A stretch of DNA of 64,000 nucleotides from Ruminococcus sp. (lineage in GTDB: Bacteria; Bacillota; Clostridia; Oscillospirales; Ruminococcaceae), in NCBI GenBank assembly GCA_017542125.1, contig JAFXXU010000033.1, positions 6,360 to 70,359 on the forward strand, read 5' to 3'. Each line of letters opens with the position of its first letter. The stretch's first letter is position 1. Both the position numbers and the translations under genes were made by a program. This document shows, piece after piece, positions 15,249 to 25,906 of this stretch. A model generated the notes under the pieces. It was not told the origin of the DNA. It saw only the letters and a program-made list of their open reading frames with translations, and did not search any database.

Positions 15249-18152
15249 GTGAAAAACACATTTTTAAAACGTGTTATTTCATCTGCACTTGCATTGACGC
15301 TGGCGGCAACCTGCAGCCTGTCGGCGTTTGCGGCAGAGAGCGGCGACGGAAATACCAAGCTGGATCTCTCGGCAGAGATCATTGATGCAAGCAACCGTGA
15401 AAACGCATATTCCAATTATGTCAAGAAATATGCGGATGCGCCCAGACCTCAGAAAGAGGTCGTCATCAACGGCGCCGACTTTGTCAGCTTCGGCGACGGC
15501 GCTGATGTAACGGTGGCAGACGTTGACGGCGAAAAGGGCGTCGCCAAGTGGGCAAATCAGGAGGGCACCCTCGATTACGAAGTCGAGATACCCGAGACGG
15601 GCGTGTACAACATCGAGGCCAAGTATGAGGCTCTCGCAGGCGGTACCACATCCGTCGAGTTTGCGCTGCTCATAGACGGCGTGTGCCCCTTCACGACTGC
15701 TTCGAGAATAGTCCTCCCCAAGAGATGGGTCAACAAGACCGAGATCCTCCAGGATGTCAGGGGCAACGATATCCGTCCCGGACAGATCGAGGAGGTCTGC
15801 TGGCAGGTAAATCCCATCAAGGATACCGACGGACTTTACAATGAACCGCTCGGCTTCTACTTTGAGCAGGGCAAGCATAAGATCACCCTTCGCTCCGCAA
15901 AGGCTCAGTTCGCGCTGGGCTACCTGAAGCTCTATCAGGCCAAGCAGCCTGAGCCCTATCAGGTCCCCGACCCTTCGGCGGTAGCAGGCTCGCACGCAGA
16001 GAGGATCCTCCTCGAGGGCGAGGCCGCTGATTATAAGTCGGACAGAACACTGTTCCCGACGGCGGACAGAAACTCCTACCTTACATCGTCTATCAACGGG
16101 CAGAGCCCGACCAAGACAAGATATAACACCATCGGCAAGGATAACTGGAACAAGGCCACTCAGGCTGCGACCTGGAAGTTCACCGCTCCTGCCTCCGGAT
16201 ACTATAAAATAGGTATCCGCGCAAAGCAGGATACGATGAGAGGAATGTATTCCAACAGGCGCCTGCTGATCGACGGCGTCGTACCCTGCAAGGAGTGCGA
16301 TCAGGTCAAGTTCTTCTACGGCACCGATTGGGAGCTCACCGTTCCTTCAATGGGCGACGAGCCGCTGTACTTCTACCTCGAGCAGGGCGAGCACGAGCTC
16401 ACTCTTGAGGCAGTTCCCGGCGAGATCGGCGAGATCATGGGCGATATCGACGAGATCGTTTATCAGGTAAACTTCTATTACCGCAACGTCCGTGCCATCA
16501 CCGGTCCTAACCCCGATGAGTACAACAACTATAATATCAAGGGCGCTATGCCTGATATCCTCACCGATTTCTCCAAGTACGCCAAGCAGCTCAGAGAGCA
16601 GATGGATAAGATCGAGAAGCTCTCCGGCAGCGGCGGAACCGAGGCGGTGACCCTGGACAAGCTGGCTATCGTGCTCGATAAGTGCGCAGCCAAGTCCGAG
16701 AGAATACCCAGCATGATGGGTCAGATCAAGGATAACGTTACCTCGGTTTCCTCCTGGGTGAACCAGTACCGTGAGCAGCCTCTCGAGATAGATATGATCG
16801 AGATCCTCACCGACGACGAGGAATTCACCAGCGCCGACAAGAGCTTCTTCAAGTCGGTGGCATTCGGCTTCAGGTCCTTCATCGGCTCCTTCTTCGAGGA
16901 TTATAACTCCCTCGCAGAGGATGACGAATCCGCTATGATCTGCTGGATCACCCTCGGCCGTGATAACGCCACCGTGATCCAGAACCTCATCAGCAATGAG
17001 TACAACCAGACCGCAAAGACCAAGGTTAACCTCAAGCTCGTTCAGACGGGTATCATCGAGGCTACCTTCGCCGGCAAGGGCCCCGACCTGGCGCTCTTCC
17101 TCGGCGGCGACTTCCCGATACAGCTTGCCGCACGAGACGTTCTGGTCAACCTGAAACAGTTTGACGACTATGAGGAAGTCATGAAACGGTTCTCACCGCA
17201 GGCAGGCGTCCTCTACGAGTATAACGGCGGTGCATACGGCCTGCCCGTATCACAGACCTTCCCGATGCTCTTCTACCGTTCGGATGTACTGAGCGAGTAC
17301 GGCATCAATCCCAAGACGGATCTCGCCACCTGGGACGGGCTCCTCGGAGTTCTCCCAACTCTCCAGAGAAATTACATGGAGATCGGCCTTATCCTTCCCG
17401 CAGGAAGCGTTATCTCGCCTGTTACCGAGTCGGGCAACACCTTCGCTACACTGCTGCTCCAGCAGGGCATCAACTACTATAACGAAGACCTGACCAAGAC
17501 CAACTTCGACAAGCAGGAGGCTATCGACGCCTTCGATACCTGGACGAAGTTCTATACCACCTACAGCTTCCAGCAGGCTTACGACGCTCTGACAAGATTC
17601 AGACAGGGCGATATGCCTATACTGATCCAGAACTACACCTTCTTCAATCAGCTGACCGTTACCGCTCCCGAGATCAAGGGCTGCTGGAACTTCCAGCCGA
17701 TACCCGGAACCGTTCAGGCTGACGGCAGCATCAACCACAGCTCCTGTTCCGCAGGCGCCGCGGCCATCATCTTCTCCTCACTCTCCGAGGATAAGCAGAA
17801 GGATGCATGGGAGTTCCTCAAGTGGTTCACCTCCACCGAGGCTCAGGTAAGCTACGGCAACGACATCGAGTCTATCGTTGGTACTCTCGGACGTTTCGAT
17901 ACCGCTAACCTCGAGGCTCTCGAGCAGCTCTCCTGGACCACCAGCGAGGTCGCTCTCCTTAAGGAGCAGCTCCTCTCGCAGGTAGAGATCCCCGTTATCC
18001 CCGCTTCCTACGGCGTAACGAGAAACCTGATGAACGCATTCAGAGAGACCGTCAACAACTCCGAGAATGCAAGAGATACCCTCTTCTGGTACAACAAGGA
18101 CATCAACGATGAGATCACTCGTAAGCGTGAGGATCTCGGACTCAACAAGTAA
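15249..18152 (+). CDS. secreted fusion protein: two CBM-like beta-sandwich modules plus family-1 extracellular solute-binding domain
   Basis: Signal peptide ending SAFA/AE. Two segments with a G.Y.I..(K/R)Y....G....(L)LIDGV pattern. The C-terminal ~430 aa look like a sugar solute-binding protein. GTG start with AAAGGTGGAAG Shine-Dalgarno. Confidence 0.7.
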   Translation: MKNTFLKRVISSALALTLAATCSLSAFAAESGDGNTKLDLSAEIIDASNRENAYSNYVKKYADAPRPQKEVVINGADFVSFGDGADVTVADVDGEKGVAKWANQEGTLDYEVEIPETGVYNIEAKYEALAGGTTSVEFALLIDGVCPFTTASRIVLPKRWVNKTEILQDVRGNDIRPGQIEEVCWQVNPIKDTDGLYNEPLGFYFEQGKHKITLRSAKAQFALGYLKLYQAKQPEPYQVPDPSAVAGSHAERILLEGEAADYKSDRTLFPTADRNSYLTSSINGQSPTKTRYNTIGKDNWNKATQAATWKFTAPASGYYKIGIRAKQDTMRGMYSNRRLLIDGVVPCKECDQVKFFYGTDWELTVPSMGDEPLYFYLEQGEHELTLEAVPGEIGEIMGDIDEIVYQVNFYYRNVRAITGPNPDEYNNYNIKGAMPDILTDFSKYAKQLREQMDKIEKLSGSGGTEAVTLDKLAIVLDKCAAKSERIPSMMGQIKDNVTSVSSWVNQYREQPLEIDMIEILTDDEEFTSADKSFFKSVAFGFRSFIGSFFEDYNSLAEDDESAMICWITLGRDNATVIQNLISNEYNQTAKTKVNLKLVQTGIIEATFAGKGPDLALFLGGDFPIQLAARDVLVNLKQFDDYEEVMKRFSPQAGVLYEYNGGAYGLPVSQTFPMLFYRSDVLSEYGINPKTDLATWDGLLGVLPTLQRNYMEIGLILPAGSVISPVTESGNTFATLLLQQGINYYNEDLTKTNFDKQEAIDAFDTWTKFYTTYSFQQAYDALTRFRQGDMPILIQNYTFFNQLTVTAPEIKGCWNFQPIPGTVQADGSINHSSCSAGAAAIIFSSLSEDKQKDAWEFLKWFTSTEAQVSYGNDIESIVGTLGRFDTANLEALEQLSWTTSEVALLKEQLLSQVEIPVIPASYGVTRNLMNAFRETVNNSENARDTLFWYNKDINDEITRKREDLGLNK

Positions 18153-18169
18153 GAAAGGAGGAGAATTCT

Positions 18170-19096
18170 ATGGACAATACCCCTGTTAATAAGCAAAGCA
18201 AGTTTCGTTATACATGGCATATGATGAAGGTCAACAAGGGCTGCTACGGACTTCTCGCTCCGTTCATGATCCTGTTCACGATCTTCACCGTCATCCCCGT
18301 AGTAATGTCACTTCCTATGGGCTTTACGAACTTCAACATGATCCAGACCCCCAAGTGGGTAGGCTTCTCCAACTTCTATACGCTGTTCCTTAACGACGAC
18401 GTATTCCTGATCGCCATCAGGAACACCCTGATCTTCGCGATCTTCACCGGCCCGTTCTCTTACGTTCTCAGCTTCTTCATCGCATGGCTGATCAACGAGA
18501 TGCACCCCTTCCTCAAAACATTCTTCACCTTCGTGTTCTACGCTCCTTCGATGACTACCTCCGTATACGTTACCTGGCAGCTGATCCTCTCGGGCGACTC
18601 CTACGGATACCTGAACGCGATCATGATGGATATCGGGCTTTTCAATTCTCCCGTACAGTTCCTGACCGATACCAACTACATCTTACCCGTAGTTATCATC
18701 GTTCAGCTGTGGATCTCGATGGGCGCAGGCTTCCTTGCGATCCGTGCAGGCTTCCAGAACATCGACAAGTCGATGTACGAGGCGGGCGCTATCGAGGGCA
18801 TCAAGAACCGCTGGCAGGAGCTCTTTACGATCACTATCCCCTCGATGGGACCCCAGCTCCTGTTCGCAGCCGTAATGCAGATCTCCGCTTCCTTTACCGT
18901 AGGTCAGGTAGGTCAGATGCTCGTAGGTCTTCCTTCGACAGACTATGCGGCTCATACCATTATGAACCACGCCACCGACTACGGCTCGATACGATACGAA
19001 ATGGGTTATGCATCGGCGATATGCTTCGTACTGTTCATGGCCATGCTCCTAGCCAATAAGGGAGTTAACTGGCTGCTGGCCAAATACATTGATTAA
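18170..19096 (+). CDS. carbohydrate ABC transporter permease (MalF/UgpA-like)
   Basis: 6 TM segments. EAA loop YEAGAIEGIKNRWQELFTITIP. Confidence 0.85.
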   Translation: MDNTPVNKQSKFRYTWHMMKVNKGCYGLLAPFMILFTIFTVIPVVMSLPMGFTNFNMIQTPKWVGFSNFYTLFLNDDVFLIAIRNTLIFAIFTGPFSYVLSFFIAWLINEMHPFLKTFFTFVFYAPSMTTSVYVTWQLILSGDSYGYLNAIMMDIGLFNSPVQFLTDTNYILPVVIIVQLWISMGAGFLAIRAGFQNIDKSMYEAGAIEGIKNRWQELFTITIPSMGPQLLFAAVMQISASFTVGQVGQMLVGLPSTDYAAHTIMNHATDYGSIRYEMGYASAICFVLFMAMLLANKGVNWLLAKYID

Positions 19097-19113
19097 AGGG
19101 GGGAGAACTGAAG

Positions 19114-20013
19114 ATGGCAAGAAAAAAGAAAAAGCAGGTCTCTATCGACAAGCTGAAGGTCAAGAATAAGAAAAAGCGCATTAACGGTTCTCTCGGCGGG
19201 GATATAGTGATATTCATATTCCTTGCTCTGCTCGGACTCTTTATGATCTTCCCGATCTACTACTCCTTCATCCAGTCGATAAAGCCTATTGAGGAGCTGT
19301 TCGTGTTCCCGCCCAAGCTCTACGTCCTGAACCCCACGACCAAGAGCTTCTCGGATATGTTCACCGTAGCGGCTTCGCTGTGGGTACCTCTTTCGAGATA
19401 CATATTCAACAGCGTGTTCATCACCATCGTAATATGTGTCTGCAACCTCTTCGTATGCTGCTGCGCAGGCTTTGCACTTTCAAAGTGCAAGTTCCCCGGA
19501 GCTACGTTCTTCAATAAGCTGATCGTAACAGCCCTGCTGTTCGCTTCCAACGCGATCTGGATCATGCAGTTCCTGGTATATTCCAAGCTGCATATGATAG
19601 ATACCTACTGGGTACTTATCCTCCCCAACATCGCAACTCCTCTCGGACTGTTCCTTATGAGACAGTCGATGTCCACTATCCACGACTCGATGATCGAGGC
19701 TGCAAAGGTGGACGGCGCAGGACTCTTCAGGATCTGCTGGCAGATAGTTGTTCCCAACTCGAAGCCCGCGATCATGACACTGATCATCTTCGCCTTCCAG
19801 GGTGCATGGAACCTGCAGGGCGGCTCGCTGATCTACTCCGAGGAGCTCAAGACCCTGCCTACCATCGTTCAGCAGATCGCTGCCGTCGGTCTGGCAAGAC
19901 AGGGCGTGACCTTCGCCTCGGCTGTACTGCTTCTTATTCCGCCGCTTGTTGTATTCCTCATTGCTCAGAGCAACGTTATGGAGACCATGGCGAACTCCGG
20001 TATCAAGGATTAA
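19114..20013 (+). CDS. carbohydrate ABC transporter permease (MalG/UgpE-like) with Lys-rich N-terminal tail
   Basis: EAA loop IEAAKVDGAGLFRICWQIVVP. N-terminus MARKKKKQVSIDKLKVKNKKKR. Confidence 0.85.
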   Translation: MARKKKKQVSIDKLKVKNKKKRINGSLGGDIVIFIFLALLGLFMIFPIYYSFIQSIKPIEELFVFPPKLYVLNPTTKSFSDMFTVAASLWVPLSRYIFNSVFITIVICVCNLFVCCCAGFALSKCKFPGATFFNKLIVTALLFASNAIWIMQFLVYSKLHMIDTYWVLILPNIATPLGLFLMRQSMSTIHDSMIEAAKVDGAGLFRICWQIVVPNSKPAIMTLIIFAFQGAWNLQGGSLIYSEELKTLPTIVQQIAAVGLARQGVTFASAVLLLIPPLVVFLIAQSNVMETMANSGIKD

Positions 20014-20059
20014 AAACAGGCTGACAGTATTAAAACGGAAAGGAAACAGGTGATAAGCA

Positions 20060-21670
20060 GTGAATAAAGCACTAAAAAGACTACTCAGCCTGACAATGGC
20101 AGCTGTCACCGCAATGACGATGACTCTGACTGCTTTTGCGGATGAGCCGTACAATTCCTATAACTACGATTCCTGGGATGATGCGATCCCCTCGCAGAGC
20201 GCTTACAGGGTAGAGACCACTATCACCGGCGCCGAGATGAAGATCGACCGCCTCAGGGATCCCGCAGACCCGCTCTATATGGGCGAGGATGCCCCCCTTA
20301 CCCTCAGCGAAGCAAGAGATATGTTCTGCTATGAGGACGACAAGGAGATCTGGATCGCAGATTCCAAGAACAACCGCCTCCTTGTTATCGACACCGATAC
20401 ATATGAGCTTACGGCGGTGTATACCGGCGTTGCAGGCTCCTCTGCCGACGGCTTCAACTCGCCCCAGGGCGTGTTCGTAACACACAGCGCTTCCCTCGAT
20501 AAGAAGGTAGTGTTCATCGCGGATACCGAAAACAGCAGAGTGGTCAAGGCCACTATCAAGGATAACAGGACCCTTGAGTGCGTTTACGAGTATACCAAGC
20601 CTACCAAGGAACTCTACACCGTACAGACCTTCAACCCCAAGAAGGTGCTGGTCGATAAGGCCGAGAATGTTTACTGCGTAGTTAATGCAGTAAATACCGG
20701 TTCGGTGCTCTTCGCCGTGAACGGCGACTTCAAGGGCTTCTACGGCGCAAACCGTGTTCAGGTAACTGCCGCGGTAATCGCTCAGAAGATCTGGAGAGCT
20801 ATCGCCTCCGAGGAACAGCTCCAGGGTATGAAGCGTAACGTTCCTGTTGAGTATGCAAACTTCGATATCGACAACCTCGGCTTCATCTATACCGTTACCG
20901 AGCAGAACATCGATACCGATGCCGTTAAGAAGCTCAACCCCGCAGGCTATAACATCTGGAACAACGTAAGGGGCAACAACTATCAATTCGGCGACCTCGT
21001 CGGATATATGTATGACCCCGTTACCAACGGTAACCACAGCTCGACGCTGACCGATATCGACATCAGCTCCACGGGCTTCATCAATGTTCTCGACTTTGAG
21101 ACGGGCAAGGTATTCCAGTACGATAAGGAATGTAACCTCGTTTGCCTCTTCGGAACAAAGAACTCCACCTCCGACCAGAGAGGTTCGCTGCTGAACCCCA
21201 GCGCGGTGGAGACAATGGGCAACAGAGTATTCGTGCTCGACAGCGCCAAGAACGATATCACCGTATTCAAGGAGACTCAGTTCGGTAAATACGTCCACAG
21301 CGCATTTATGCTCTACGACGAAGGCCGCTATGTTGAGGCCAAGGCCGACTGGGACGAGGTCATCAAGAGAGACGGCGGCTATACCTACGCCTACGTCGGC
21401 CTCGGAAAGGCTGCCCTGAATAACGAGGAGTATAACAAGGCTCTTAAGTATTTCAAGACCGCATATGACCAGGAGGACTACGATAAGGCCTTCAAGTATG
21501 CGAGAGAGGCTTTCCTGAGAGATCACTTCGTTCTGATCATCGTGATCGTCGTGCTGCTGATAGCGCTGATCGTCACAAAGAACATCCTGAAGAAGAAGGG
21601 CATAAAGATCTTCAGGAAGAGATCTAAACCAAAACCGCGCCGTATTTCAGGCGGAGAAGGGGAGGGATAA
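20060..21670 (+). CDS. secreted NHL-repeat beta-propeller / TPR-like protein with C-terminal TM anchor
   Basis: Signal peptide. Repeated ADSKNNRLLVID / ADTENSRVVKA / LDSAKNDITVF motifs. TPR-like helical segment, then a TM helix and a basic tail. Confidence 0.6.
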   Translation: MNKALKRLLSLTMAAVTAMTMTLTAFADEPYNSYNYDSWDDAIPSQSAYRVETTITGAEMKIDRLRDPADPLYMGEDAPLTLSEARDMFCYEDDKEIWIADSKNNRLLVIDTDTYELTAVYTGVAGSSADGFNSPQGVFVTHSASLDKKVVFIADTENSRVVKATIKDNRTLECVYEYTKPTKELYTVQTFNPKKVLVDKAENVYCVVNAVNTGSVLFAVNGDFKGFYGANRVQVTAAVIAQKIWRAIASEEQLQGMKRNVPVEYANFDIDNLGFIYTVTEQNIDTDAVKKLNPAGYNIWNNVRGNNYQFGDLVGYMYDPVTNGNHSSTLTDIDISSTGFINVLDFETGKVFQYDKECNLVCLFGTKNSTSDQRGSLLNPSAVETMGNRVFVLDSAKNDITVFKETQFGKYVHSAFMLYDEGRYVEAKADWDEVIKRDGGYTYAYVGLGKAALNNEEYNKALKYFKTAYDQEDYDKAFKYAREAFLRDHFVLIIVIVVLLIALIVTKNILKKKGIKIFRKRSKPKPRRISGGEGEG

Positions 21671-21674
21671 TAAT

Positions 21675-22304
21675 ATGTATGAATTTACTCAAATGGGCTG
21701 GCTTAAACATGTTATTTTCCACCCCGTAGAAGGCTTTGAGGATCTCAGGTGGAAAAAGCAGGGCTCAATAAAGATCGCAATGATCATCGTATTCCTGCTC
21801 TTCGTTGCAATGGTAGCTGACAGACAGCTGACAGGCTTCCAGTTCAATACCGCTTATGTAAAGGTGTTCAACATAGTTCCGCTGCTGGTGCAGTCGGTAG
21901 TCTACTTCTTCACCTGGGTAATAGGCAACTGGGCGCTCTGTACGCTGTTCGACGGTGAAGGAACACTGAAAAAGATCTGCATATATTCGGCTTACGCACT
22001 GGTGCCGTATATCGTATGCACATTCCTTGCCGTATTCGTTTCCAATTTCATAGTTCAGGAAGAAAGCATCTGGATGAACGCGATCTCCTACCTCGGGATC
22101 ATCTGGTCGGTAGTCCTGATGGTGCAGGCAATGAAGGCTGCCCACCAGTACACCTTCGGCAAGACGCTGGTATCGATGTTCTTCACGATCGTAGCAATGC
22201 TGCTGATACTCTTCCTGGCGATCCTGCTGCTCTCGCTCTTCCAGCAGGTATACGCATTCGGATATTCGATCTATACCGAGATCTCTTATCGAATCAGAGG
22301 CTGA
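21675..22304 (+). CDS. Yip1-like integral membrane protein
   Basis: 209 aa with about 5 TM segments. The N-terminal HP.EGFEDL segment is typical of bacterial Yip1-domain proteins as I remember them. Confidence 0.5.
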   Translation: MYEFTQMGWLKHVIFHPVEGFEDLRWKKQGSIKIAMIIVFLLFVAMVADRQLTGFQFNTAYVKVFNIVPLLVQSVVYFFTWVIGNWALCTLFDGEGTLKKICIYSAYALVPYIVCTFLAVFVSNFIVQEESIWMNAISYLGIIWSVVLMVQAMKAAHQYTFGKTLVSMFFTIVAMLLILFLAILLLSLFQQVYAFGYSIYTEISYRIRG

Positions 22305-22325
22305 TAAAGAATGGTGGTGTAAAAA

Positions 22326-24716
22326 ATGGCTGACAGAAAATTCAAAAAAGCAATAGTGTTTGCCCTGGTACTTTCCATGATGATGCCTCTTGGTTCGATG
22401 GCCGCATCCTCCTCCGAGGACGAGGCAACTACAGCAACGGCCGATGCAGCCGCTGCCAGCGAGGGTGACAGCTCCGAAAAGCCTGAGAAGGAAGAAAAGG
22501 AATCCAAGCTCACCGAAAGGATCTCCGATGAGGAAGCCATCGCGCTTGAGACTTGCGAGCAGGTAGCCTCCAACGATTACCTTACGATGTATATGGATTC
22601 AAAGAACGACAGATGGGGCGTAAAGGTTAATAAATCCGGCGCGTTCTTCTGGAGCTCTCCTATCAACGTAAGAGCTGAGGAGACCATCGTCGATCCAGTA
22701 AAGAATTCGATGATGAAGGATACCAAGCGCCAGCAGATCGCTTCGAGCTGCGCTATCAGAGTCGGCGACCTGAGGCAGGAGAAGAGGACTGAGTCCCCCG
22801 CTCCCGTTTACTCCAACAAGGCATCCATCAAGTATACCAAGGAAAACGACGGTATCGCTATCAAGTACAACTACAAGGGTCAGGGCGTGTCCTTCACGAT
22901 GCACGTTAAGCTGGAGGATGACCACGTTTACGCCTATGTGGACAGCGCAGATGTCGTTGAGGAGAATACCAGCTCGACAGACGGTATGATCCTTACCAAG
23001 CTGCTCATCGCTCCCAGCTTCGGCGCGGTCAGCATCGAGAACATGGACGGCTCCGAGTCCGAGGGCTATATGATAGTTCCCGATGGAAGCGGCGCGGTCA
23101 TCAAGTACAATAACGGCAGACAGAACTACGCACAGTATTCGCAGAAGATCTACGGCAGAGACTATACTCCCGTTCCTCTTACCGCTCCCCGTGTAACAGA
23201 GCAGGCATTCCTGCCCGTTATCGCTTCGGTATCCGGCAAGAACGGCTTCGTGGCAGTAGCCTCCGACGGCGATGCGAATGTCTACGCAAAGGCAAAGGTC
23301 GGCAGGCAGGATAATCAGGTTTACAATAACGTATACTTCGAGTTTGAAGCCAAGAGTACCGACTCCTTCTTCATGAGCGGTGATAACTCCAACAAGATCA
23401 ACGTTTTCGAGAAGGGCGATATCAAGACTCCCCGCTTCGGCGTTAAGTATTATCCCATAAGCCTCGACCGTGATATCAACTACGCTGACTGCGCAGAGGT
23501 CTACAGGAACTACCTTATAAAGGAAAAGGGCCTTACCTCCAGCGTCAGTGCAAATGACAACAAGTTCTACGTTGACTTCTACGGCGGCGTCCTCAAGAGG
23601 ACTTCCATCCTGGGTCTCCCCTTCAACCTAAAGACCGAGATAACCGGCTTTGACCAGGCAGGCGAGATCATCAGCAAGCTCCGTGACCTCGGCGTGGGCG
23701 ATGCAGTCGTTGACTACAATGACTGGACCAACAACTCCATCAAGAAGAAGATCTCAGTAAGCGCCAGCGCCTCGGGTACCCTCGGCGGCAACGGCGACCT
23801 GAAGGACCTTATGGGCACCTCGGGCGTTGATCTCTTCCCCTCGATGGATAACTTCACCATGGAATCCGGTACCTGGGGCTACCTGACATTCACGAATACC
23901 GCAACGAGAATATCGAACGCTTATTCAAGACAGGTAGAGTACAGCCCCGCCTACGGCGTTGCTCTTAACGGAGTTTCGCCCGCCCTCGTAGCTCCCGGCA
24001 CATATGTTGATATCTTCGACGATATGATCGATAGCTATAAGGACAAGGGCTATGACAAGATCGGCTTCGGTAAGCTCTCTAGGGGCCTCGTAAGTGACTT
24101 CTCAACTAAGAACGGTGCTTCGAGAAACGATGCGATGAACATCCTCATTGACGGCTATAAGAGAGCAAAGGAGGAGATAGGCTCTGTCATCTGCGACGGT
24201 GCGAACGCTTATCTGATCCCCTATGCTTCTCAGATCACCGATATCCCCGTTTACTCCAGCGGATATAACCTGGTAGATTACGACATCCCCTTCTATCAGA
24301 TGGTCGTTCACGGCTATGTGCCTTATGCGACCAAGGCTATCAATGCAAGCTCCAGCACCGGCGAGACCTTTATGCTCGCGCTGGCAGCAGGCTCGGCAGT
24401 CCACTACGATATGACCTATGTGGAGTCCTCCGAGCTGCAGGATACCGCCTATAACGATCTCTACTATACCAATTACGAGGGCTGGCTGGAGATGTCCGCC
24501 AACCAGTACAAGATCGCCAACGAGCTGCTCGCACCGGTATCGGATATGATAATATCCAAGTATGAGATCTCCGAGGACGGTAACGTATTCACCACCACCT
24601 ATACTAAGGATGGCAAGGACGTTGTGGTCGAGGTAGATAAGGCGAATATGACAGCCAAGTGCAACGGCAAGACCATTGATCTGGCAGATGCCATCGAAGG
24701 AGGTGCGGAAGGCTGA
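22326..24716 (+). CDS. large secreted protein, DUF5696-like (possible glycoside-hydrolase-like barrel)
   Basis: 796 aa. Signal peptide plus acidic linker. C-terminal DYDIPFYQMVVHGYVPYAT-type motif. Family name from memory only. Confidence 0.5.
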   Translation: MADRKFKKAIVFALVLSMMMPLGSMAASSSEDEATTATADAAAASEGDSSEKPEKEEKESKLTERISDEEAIALETCEQVASNDYLTMYMDSKNDRWGVKVNKSGAFFWSSPINVRAEETIVDPVKNSMMKDTKRQQIASSCAIRVGDLRQEKRTESPAPVYSNKASIKYTKENDGIAIKYNYKGQGVSFTMHVKLEDDHVYAYVDSADVVEENTSSTDGMILTKLLIAPSFGAVSIENMDGSESEGYMIVPDGSGAVIKYNNGRQNYAQYSQKIYGRDYTPVPLTAPRVTEQAFLPVIASVSGKNGFVAVASDGDANVYAKAKVGRQDNQVYNNVYFEFEAKSTDSFFMSGDNSNKINVFEKGDIKTPRFGVKYYPISLDRDINYADCAEVYRNYLIKEKGLTSSVSANDNKFYVDFYGGVLKRTSILGLPFNLKTEITGFDQAGEIISKLRDLGVGDAVVDYNDWTNNSIKKKISVSASASGTLGGNGDLKDLMGTSGVDLFPSMDNFTMESGTWGYLTFTNTATRISNAYSRQVEYSPAYGVALNGVSPALVAPGTYVDIFDDMIDSYKDKGYDKIGFGKLSRGLVSDFSTKNGASRNDAMNILIDGYKRAKEEIGSVICDGANAYLIPYASQITDIPVYSSGYNLVDYDIPFYQMVVHGYVPYATKAINASSSTGETFMLALAAGSAVHYDMTYVESSELQDTAYNDLYYTNYEGWLEMSANQYKIANELLAPVSDMIISKYEISEDGNVFTTTYTKDGKDVVVEVDKANMTAKCNGKTIDLADAIEGGAEG

Positions 24717-25894
24717 TGAGTGAATTTGAAAAGGACCTGTTAGAGCAGGAGGACGAAGCAAAGGAAGCTTTGGAAGAAGCTGAAGATGCTGTGACCGAGC
24801 AGGCTGAGGACGCTGTCCGGGAGGCAGAGGACGAAGCCGCCGAGGCTGCCGAAGAGGCTGCTGAGGAGCTTGTAGAGGCTGCCGAAGAAGCTGAAGAGCT
24901 TTCCGTCATCCCCGAGGAGACCGTTCAGGAGCTCGCCGAGATCCCGGACGATGAGCCTGAAAGCAGCTCCGTCAGGAGCGGAAAGGCTGCCAAGGGCGCC
25001 AGGATCTCTTACGAGAGAAAGAAGCGTCTCTACGGCTACGGCTTCATAGCACTCTGGTTCGTCGGAACAGTTTACTTCTTCCTCTACCCGCTGATCGTAT
25101 CTCTCGTTTACTCCTTCCACAAGACTACGGTCGGCACCAGCGGAATGGAGCTCTCCGACAGAGGCTTCGACAACTACATCAGAGCGTTCAGGCGTGACCC
25201 CAACTACACCAAGGCGCTCGTTGACACACTTTCCAACACCGCACTCAAAACACCTCTGATCTTGGTATTCTCGATCTTCATCGCTGTAATACTCAATCAG
25301 AAGTTCAGAGGAAGGACCTTCGCAAGAGCAGTATTCTTCCTCCCCGTTATCATCGCTACCGGACCGGTTATCGATATCATCACCGGTAATATGTCCACCA
25401 GCGGTACTTCGGGCACCGCTGAGCAGTTCTCCACTCTGTTCGAGGCTAATCTCGTTGACGAGCTGCTGAACTTCCTCGGCATCTACAACATAAGCGAGCG
25501 ACTTACAGAAATAATAAACACACTGACTTCGGATATATTCAATCTGGTGTGGAACTCGGGTATCCAGATACTACTGTTCCTGTCAGCCCTGCAGGGCATA
25601 CCATTCTCCGCGAAGGAGGCAGCCCAGATGGAGGGTGCCACCGGATGGGAGTATTTCTGGAAGATCACGATCCCGTACATCAGCCCGCAGATCCTTACCT
25701 GTCTCGTATATACCGTTGTCGACTCCTTCGTAGACCCCGGCAACCAGGTAATGGAGATAGTTCTTTCCAAGGCAAGCAACTGGGAGCATGGCTACATGGC
25801 AGCTATGGCTTGGGCGTACTTCGCGATCATCGGAATTGCGCTTGCGATAATCGTGGCGATCGTCAACAAGTTTGTTTACTATGAAGTTGAGTAA
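24716..25894 (+). CDS. carbohydrate ABC transporter permease (MalF-like) with ~90-aa highly acidic N-terminal extension
   Basis: TGATG overlap with the upstream gene. EAA loop KEAAQMEGATGWEYFWKITIP. N-terminal E/A/D-rich stretch. Confidence 0.8.
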   Translation: MSEFEKDLLEQEDEAKEALEEAEDAVTEQAEDAVREAEDEAAEAAEEAAEELVEAAEEAEELSVIPEETVQELAEIPDDEPESSSVRSGKAAKGARISYERKKRLYGYGFIALWFVGTVYFFLYPLIVSLVYSFHKTTVGTSGMELSDRGFDNYIRAFRRDPNYTKALVDTLSNTALKTPLILVFSIFIAVILNQKFRGRTFARAVFFLPVIIATGPVIDIITGNMSTSGTSGTAEQFSTLFEANLVDELLNFLGIYNISERLTEIINTLTSDIFNLVWNSGIQILLFLSALQGIPFSAKEAAQMEGATGWEYFWKITIPYISPQILTCLVYTVVDSFVDPGNQVMEIVLSKASNWEHGYMAAMAWAYFAIIGIALAIIVAIVNKFVYYEVE

Positions 25895-25906
25895 GGGGGG
25901 ATTATA

